Assembly: GCA_963701855.1 (NCBI GenBank)
Contig: CAVPBK010000001.1
Location: 32,001 to 96,000 of the forward strand
Origin: Nitrospirota bacterium
Lineage (GTDB): Bacteria; Nitrospirota; Nitrospiria; Nitrospirales; Nitrospiraceae
Direction of reading: 5' to 3'
Length of the DNA stretch: 64,000 nt
Below the pieces are notes generated by a model. That model was not told where the DNA came from and did no database searches. It saw nothing but the letters and a program-made list of their open reading frames with translations. Below, in pieces: positions 59,675-64,000 of this stretch. The position numbers and the translations under genes are program-made. Numbering within the stretch: position 1 is the stretch's first letter; every line of letters begins with the position of its first letter.

Positions 59675-60634
59675 TTAAATATGCGTCACGGGAGACATTT
59701 CTGTCGGAATCACCTGACGATGGCCTGGTCCAAACTTTTGGCTACGCACCGTGACCACAGGACAGCGGGCTTTTCGCAAGATGGCCTCCGCCACGCTGCC
59801 GGAGATGGTGTGCGAAACCCCACGGCGTCCGTGCGTGCCCATCACGATGAGATCGCAGGGTAAGGTCTGGGCAGCATCTAAGATTGAATCGGCCGGAAAG
59901 CCTCCCCGCAAGCGATATTCTATCGGCATATTGGGATGCTGGTGGGTAGCAACCAGCTCCTCCAGTCGTTTCGTCCAGCTCTCGCGCACATCTTCGCGGC
60001 TCCTGAAATGGCCGAGGTCAAAGTCCAAACCATACGACACCGGCTCCAGCACATGCAGTAGCATCACAGACGCCTTCGCCTGCTGCGCCATCACGGCTGC
60101 ATACTCCAAGGCATCGAGGGAACAATCGGAAAAATCGACCGGCACGAGGATGCGATCCAGCGTGACAGGCATCGAGGGGGCACCCTCTCCCTGTTCGGCG
60201 TCTGCTTGCTCCATTCGCACCGTCAGCACCGGGCAGGGGGCTCCGCGAATGACCCGTTCGGCAGTACTGCCTAACAAAACGTGCGCAAGGCCGGTCTTGC
60301 CCCTGGTCCCTACAACGATCAAGTCCGAATCCTCCGCCTTCGCCGCGGCAATTACCTCTTCACTCGGAATGCCTGTAGCCACCCTGGTCGTGACCACAAT
60401 GCCTCGCCGCTCCGCACGGCCTTTGAGGTCGGCTAACTGCGACGATGCGGTCTTGAGCAAATCAGCCAAATATTGCTGATTGACGGGGTAATCGGGATTG
60501 AGTCCCGGTGGAAACTCTGCAACGCTGAGCACCGTCAAGGAAGCCCTCCACGAACAAGCGAGAGAGCAGGCATAATCTTCCGCCCGCCGGGCCCACCGTG
60601 AAAAATCCGTCGCAAATAAAATCCGCTTAATCAA
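59675..60634 (-). CDS. Tandem-domain universal stress protein
   Basis: ILFATDFS, VGTRG..LGSTAE, ILVPVDFS, MGTHG..GSVAE. TTG start behind GAGGAG. Confidence 0.92.
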   Translation of the reverse strand: MIKRILFATDFSRWARRAEDYACSLACSWRASLTVLSVAEFPPGLNPDYPVNQQYLADLLKTASSQLADLKGRAERRGIVVTTRVATGIPSEEVIAAAKAEDSDLIVVGTRGKTGLAHVLLGSTAERVIRGAPCPVLTVRMEQADAEQGEGAPSMPVTLDRILVPVDFSDCSLDALEYAAVMAQQAKASVMLLHVLEPVSYGLDFDLGHFRSREDVRESWTKRLEELVATHQHPNMPIEYRLRGGFPADSILDAAQTLPCDLIVMGTHGRRGVSHTISGSVAEAILRKARCPVVTVRSQKFGPGHRQVIPTEMSPVTHI

Positions 60635-60663
60635 GGGTGTTGTCTCCTCATATTCTCCAGCCT

Positions 60664-60839
60664 CTAGCAGGCTACTGAAAGACTACTGCAGCACGGCAAA
60701 ACTTCGATAGCCCGCAGGCTGCTCAAAAAGGCCGTCCAGCAAGGCCGCAGCGAGTGAAGGCCCGAGGCGTGCCCTCTGGAGTACGTTGAAGGTCTGAACG
60801 ATGCGAGAACGACGCTGGCGGACTTTTTCAGCAGCCTGC
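60664..60839. mobile_element. MITE (family M1)
   Basis: CTAG start. TIR GCAGGCTGCTCAAAAAG (60714-60730) / CTTTTTCAGCAGCCTGC (60823-60839). Internal sequence shared with the 7212 and 36238 copies. Confidence 0.75.
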
Positions 60840-60845
60840 AAATTT

Positions 60846-61274
60846 TTACACCGCCTCCGCGCTCAGCAACAGCAACTCGCCGGTCATGTTCGGATGGATC
60901 GAGCACCGGAACTCATGCCGGCCAGGCCGCGACATGTTGAACCGAATAACCGCATCCCGTTTGGGATCGAGAAACACTCCACCCAGGCCTCGGCCATAGA
61001 CGATCACCCCGTCCTTCTCGACTTGAGTCGGAAGGCCCTCAAACATGGTCGAGCCAAAGTCGTGCCGTTCAGCATCCTCGTTCCTGACCTTAATCACTGA
61101 AGGGAATCCAAGGCGGAGCACCCCCTGCTTGGTCACGAACTTGAAATCCTTGATCGTGACCTCGATGACTTGCTCCGACTGCGAGAACACCGGCTCTGCC
61201 GCCTCCCACCAGAACCCGAACGTGACGGCAAGCACAAGAACCCATCCCCACTGCTGCGCTTTCTGACTTTTCAT
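60846..61274 (-). CDS. Exported cupredoxin-domain protein
   Basis: Signal peptide, His in RHDF, and C-terminal CSIHPNM type-1 copper ligand set. Confidence 0.85.
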   Translation of the reverse strand: MKSQKAQQWGWVLVLAVTFGFWWEAAEPVFSQSEQVIEVTIKDFKFVTKQGVLRLGFPSVIKVRNEDAERHDFGSTMFEGLPTQVEKDGVIVYGRGLGGVFLDPKRDAVIRFNMSRPGRHEFRCSIHPNMTGELLLLSAEAV

Positions 61275-61304
61275 AGATTTCTCCCTTTTCAACACATCCT
61301 CGAG

Positions 61305-61787
61305 TTATCGTTTCGGCGTCGGTGGCAGCGGAACGGTCAACACCGGACAACCCGCGGTCCGCACCACCCGTTCCGCAGTACTGCCGAAAAATATTTTGTC
61401 GACACTTTCCGATCGCCCCCCATAACTGCCCAACACCACCAGGTTGACTTTTTCAATCCGGACTATCTTTGCAATCTCCACAAAGGGCACTCCTTCCGCC
61501 AGCACCCGTGTGATCTTCACGCCCTTGACCGTCTCCGAATCGAGCAACCGCCGCGTATTCAAACGGGCGTGGTGCCGCAGGCGCCGCTTCTGAGCTTGTG
61601 CATCGGACGGCACAGCCAACAACCCAAGGCGGTTGAAGGCCGCAAGGGCACTTGTGTCGATCACATGCAATAACAGCAGTTCGGCCTGAAAGGTCCGGGC
61701 AAGGGTTAGGGCGACGCGGAAGGCTTCTTCTGAACAGACAGAAAAATCCACCGGCACAAGCATCCTGGTACAGAACGGTTCAGCCAT
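61305..61787 (-). CDS. Universal stress protein (single domain)
   Basis: MLVPVDFS, LLHV, LGSYG...FGSTAERVVR.A.CPVLTV. RBS AAAGGAGGT. Confidence 0.9.
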   Translation of the reverse strand: MAEPFCTRMLVPVDFSVCSEEAFRVALTLARTFQAELLLLHVIDTSALAAFNRLGLLAVPSDAQAQKRRLRHHARLNTRRLLDSETVKGVKITRVLAEGVPFVEIAKIVRIEKVNLVVLGSYGGRSESVDKIFFGSTAERVVRTAGCPVLTVPLPPTPKR

Positions 61788-61800
61788 GCGACCTCCTTTA

Positions 61801-61973
61801 CCCGGACTATTCATAAATGCCTGCTACGTCGTCCGATCCTCTCGCCCGGCGGGGCTTTTTTCGTGCGGCCTCCTCGACGGACCACAAGTACGCCTCCCTC
61901 GGCCTTACTTGCGAGAAGCCCCGGCGGGCTTCGGTCTCGAACGCCTCGCGACGGCATTCATGAATAGTCCGGG
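61801..61973. mobile_element. MITE (family M2), 173 bp
   Basis: 21-bp TIR CCCGGACTATTCATAAATGCC / GGCATTCATGAATAGTCCGGG (1 mismatch), internal inverted repeat, TA dinucleotides at or near both flanks. Confidence 0.75.
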
Positions 61974-61999
61974 CTACGGATTGACTCATTCCCGTTATC

Positions 62000-62015
62000 A
62001 GCAAGGCCGGTGCCA
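62000..62015 (-). promoter_or_regulatory. sigma54 (-24/-12) promoter
   Basis: TGGCAC-CGGCC-TTGCT matches TGGCAC-N5-TTGCW and faces the USP/fds cluster. Confidence 0.75.
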
Positions 62016-62278
62016 CTGAGTCAGGAGTCGAGAGCCATGGCTAAGAGCACAGTGGAAACAAAGACTTTGTCTTTCTTGTCAGACCATACACCATCTGCCA
62101 TCGGCTCTTTGCATTGTGAGCAGGGGTGTCCTGCTACAGCTCGACTTTCTCTGCTGTAGCAGAAGGCGACAGCAGACGTGAACCCGTGAAGCGCAAGGCG
62201 TAATAAAAATGAAACCAACCGCCTTTCGCTCTTCACCTTACGAGTCACCCCTCACACCTCACATAGCTGTTAGGGCAA

Positions 62279-62294
62279 CGGCATTGGATTTGCT
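62279..62294 (+). promoter_or_regulatory. Candidate divergent sigma54 promoter
   Basis: CGGCAT-TGGAT-TTGCT with correct GG-N10-GC spacing. Confidence 0.5.
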
Positions 62295-62602
62295 GAGTTT
62301 CTGTGTAGTACGAAACTGGAAACGAATCTATGACAAGAACGCGGTGGCTGCTCGTAGGTGCCGTTCTCCTCGGGCTCGCGGTGGGAATCTACTTTCTGTT
62401 TTTCTGCCCCGTGGAGTGTCAATGATCTCTGAATGACCAAAACAGCGACGAAAATGACGTTTCTACCGTGACCTCTGCGATAGCGTTGGTGAGAGGCGAA
62501 GCGCATTGAGGTTCGACCAGTCGGACGGTGGCGACACCCGTTCGGCCCTTCGTCCGTGATCGGAAGATGAAAATAAGGAAGGATGCAACCGGATGGCCGG
62601 CA

Positions 62603-63283
62603 ATGAATGAAAAAGCAGTAAGACTCACATGGGGGGATCTCACCCTTGAAGGAGTCCTCGGACTTCCGGCACAGACGCTGGGAATGGTGGTCTTCGCCCA
62701 CGGAAGTGGCAGCGGGCGGTTCAGCCCACGCAATAATTTCGTCGCCCGCTATCTCCAGCACGGAGAGGTGGCTACGCTCCTGATCGACTTACTGACACCG
62801 GATGAAGCTGAAGACCGCCGCAAGGTCTTTAACATCGACCTGCTGACAGATCGCGTGCTGTTGGCCAAAGCCTGGCTCGAACAGGATGCCAGGACGAAGG
62901 GCCTGGGCATCGGCTATTTCGGCGCCAGCACCGGAGCAGGCGCGGCCCTGCAGGCGGCAGCCCGCGATCCTTCGTCGATTCAGGCCCTTGTATCACGGGG
63001 CGGCAGACCGGATCTGGCCGAAGCCTATCTGCCCTCAGTCACCGCGCCGACTTTACTGATTGTCGGGGGAGACGACGAGCCGGTCATCGAAATGAATCGA
63101 GCTGCCTATCGGCTCCTCACCTGCCCGAAACGGATTGTGATCGTGCCGGGCGCCTCACATCTATTCGAAGAGCCTGGCACACTTGAACAAGTTGCGGAAC
63201 ATGCTCTCGCCTGGTTTCAGCAACACTTTCATCCCGCCAAGCACGATAGTACAACTGCGCAAACAAAGGAGCGTCTTCGATGA
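62603..63283 (+). CDS. Dienelactone-hydrolase-family alpha/beta hydrolase
   Basis: VVFAHGSGSGRFSPRN, GYFGASTG, VSRGGRPDL, LIVGG.D, GASHLFEE. Confidence 0.9.
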   Translation: MNEKAVRLTWGDLTLEGVLGLPAQTLGMVVFAHGSGSGRFSPRNNFVARYLQHGEVATLLIDLLTPDEAEDRRKVFNIDLLTDRVLLAKAWLEQDARTKGLGIGYFGASTGAGAALQAAARDPSSIQALVSRGGRPDLAEAYLPSVTAPTLLIVGGDDEPVIEMNRAAYRLLTCPKRIVIVPGASHLFEEPGTLEQVAEHALAWFQQHFHPAKHDSTTAQTKERLR

Positions 63284-64000
63284 AAACATTACTCGCGGTT
63301 GACGGATCGGATAATTCCTATGAGGCCGTTCATGTCCTGAAATACCTGGCTCGGGCAGAGCAACTGACCCTGCTTCACGCGTTGAAAGTCCCGCGGCCGG
63401 CGTACCCCATGATGGTGTCTGAAACGGCGGAGGAGATTTATAAGACCCTTGAGCAGAGCATGAAGGAAGACGGGGAACGGTTGCTCAATCGGACCCAGTC
63501 CCTTCTCCCGCTGCACGCAGGCCCCACAACGAAGCACCTTCAAATGGGATCTCCCGCAGAAGTGATCGTGTCGATGGCCGAGGAGCAGAAAGCCGATCTC
63601 ATCGTGATGGGAGCACGGGGTCTTGGCCCCATCAAGGAGCGGCTGCTCGGCAGCGTATCGCACCGCATCCTCACCCTGGCCCCCTGCGCCACATTGATCG
63701 TGAACGGCCCGGTTAAGACGATGAAACAGATCCTGCTGCCGCTCGAAGGTCCAACCGACGCGGAAGCCGCGGTTCGTTTTCTCCAGCTTAAGCCGTTTCA
63801 CGATACGGTTGAGTTGACGCTGATGACGGTCTTGCCTTGGACGGAGCCTCCATGGCCGAGCGGTGCAGCCGCCGAGGCCGCCGCCACCGAGATGCTGGAG
63901 AAGCAAACCGATTACATCGAGAGTCTGGCAGAACGTCTACGCGTCATAGGTTATCACGCACATGGAGTTGTCCTAGTCGGAACACCGTCTACCATGATCC
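63280..64000 (+). CDS. Tandem-domain universal stress protein (3' truncated by window)
   Basis: ATGA overlap. MKTLLAVDGSDNS...DLIVMGARGLG...LLGSVSHRI. Absent from the track because it has no stop in the window. Confidence 0.88.
   Translation, partial: MKTLLAVDGSDNSYEAVHVLKYLARAEQLTLLHALKVPRPAYPMMVSETAEEIYKTLEQSMKEDGERLLNRTQSLLPLHAGPTTKHLQMGSPAEVIVSMAEEQKADLIVMGARGLGPIKERLLGSVSHRILTLAPCATLIVNGPVKTMKQILLPLEGPTDAEAAVRFLQLKPFHDTVELTLMTVLPWTEPPWPSGAAAEAAATEMLEKQTDYIESLAERLRVIGYHAHGVVLVGTPSTMI

Overview
This is a 64-kb window of a moderately GC-rich bacterial chromosome. Gene content and intergenic repeat style suggest Nitrospira/Nitrospirota (inference). 1-7 kb: housekeeping genes (pabB-like, class IV aminotransferase, lytic transglycosylase, nadB, an unlisted 31-aa bS22/COX24-type ORF, an MsbA-like exporter). 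7-34 kb: an accessory patchwork with a lipocalin pseudogene, ndh, ada, duplicated secreted proteins, K+/H+ antiporter, yqjG, ylqF, RNB nuclease, a Type III R-M locus (frameshifted mod, intervening ORF6N gene), a degenerate AAA+ protein, a MOSC protein and a tRNA-Arg-like att relic. 34-48 kb: zwf, a CzcCBA/CusCBA-type RND efflux operon with an upstream FHPP-ending ORF, and otsB/membrane-anchored otsA/GH15. 49-64 kb: a USP-rich cluster with PPi-PFK, a formate channel and NAD-linked formate dehydrogenase (fdsGBA), behind divergent sigma-54 promoter motifs. The most notable unexplained structure is non-coding: (i) a same-strand family of ~100-nt hairpin modules with a conserved core and covarying stems, (ii) CTAG-associated MITEs, (iii) 9-nt-period hairpins after stop codons, and (iv) two perfect 25-bp palindromes 60 bp apart inside the ORF6N gene. 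I found no CRISPR array, rRNA, intact tRNA, transposase or integrase. All family calls come from motif recognition by eye, not from database searches.
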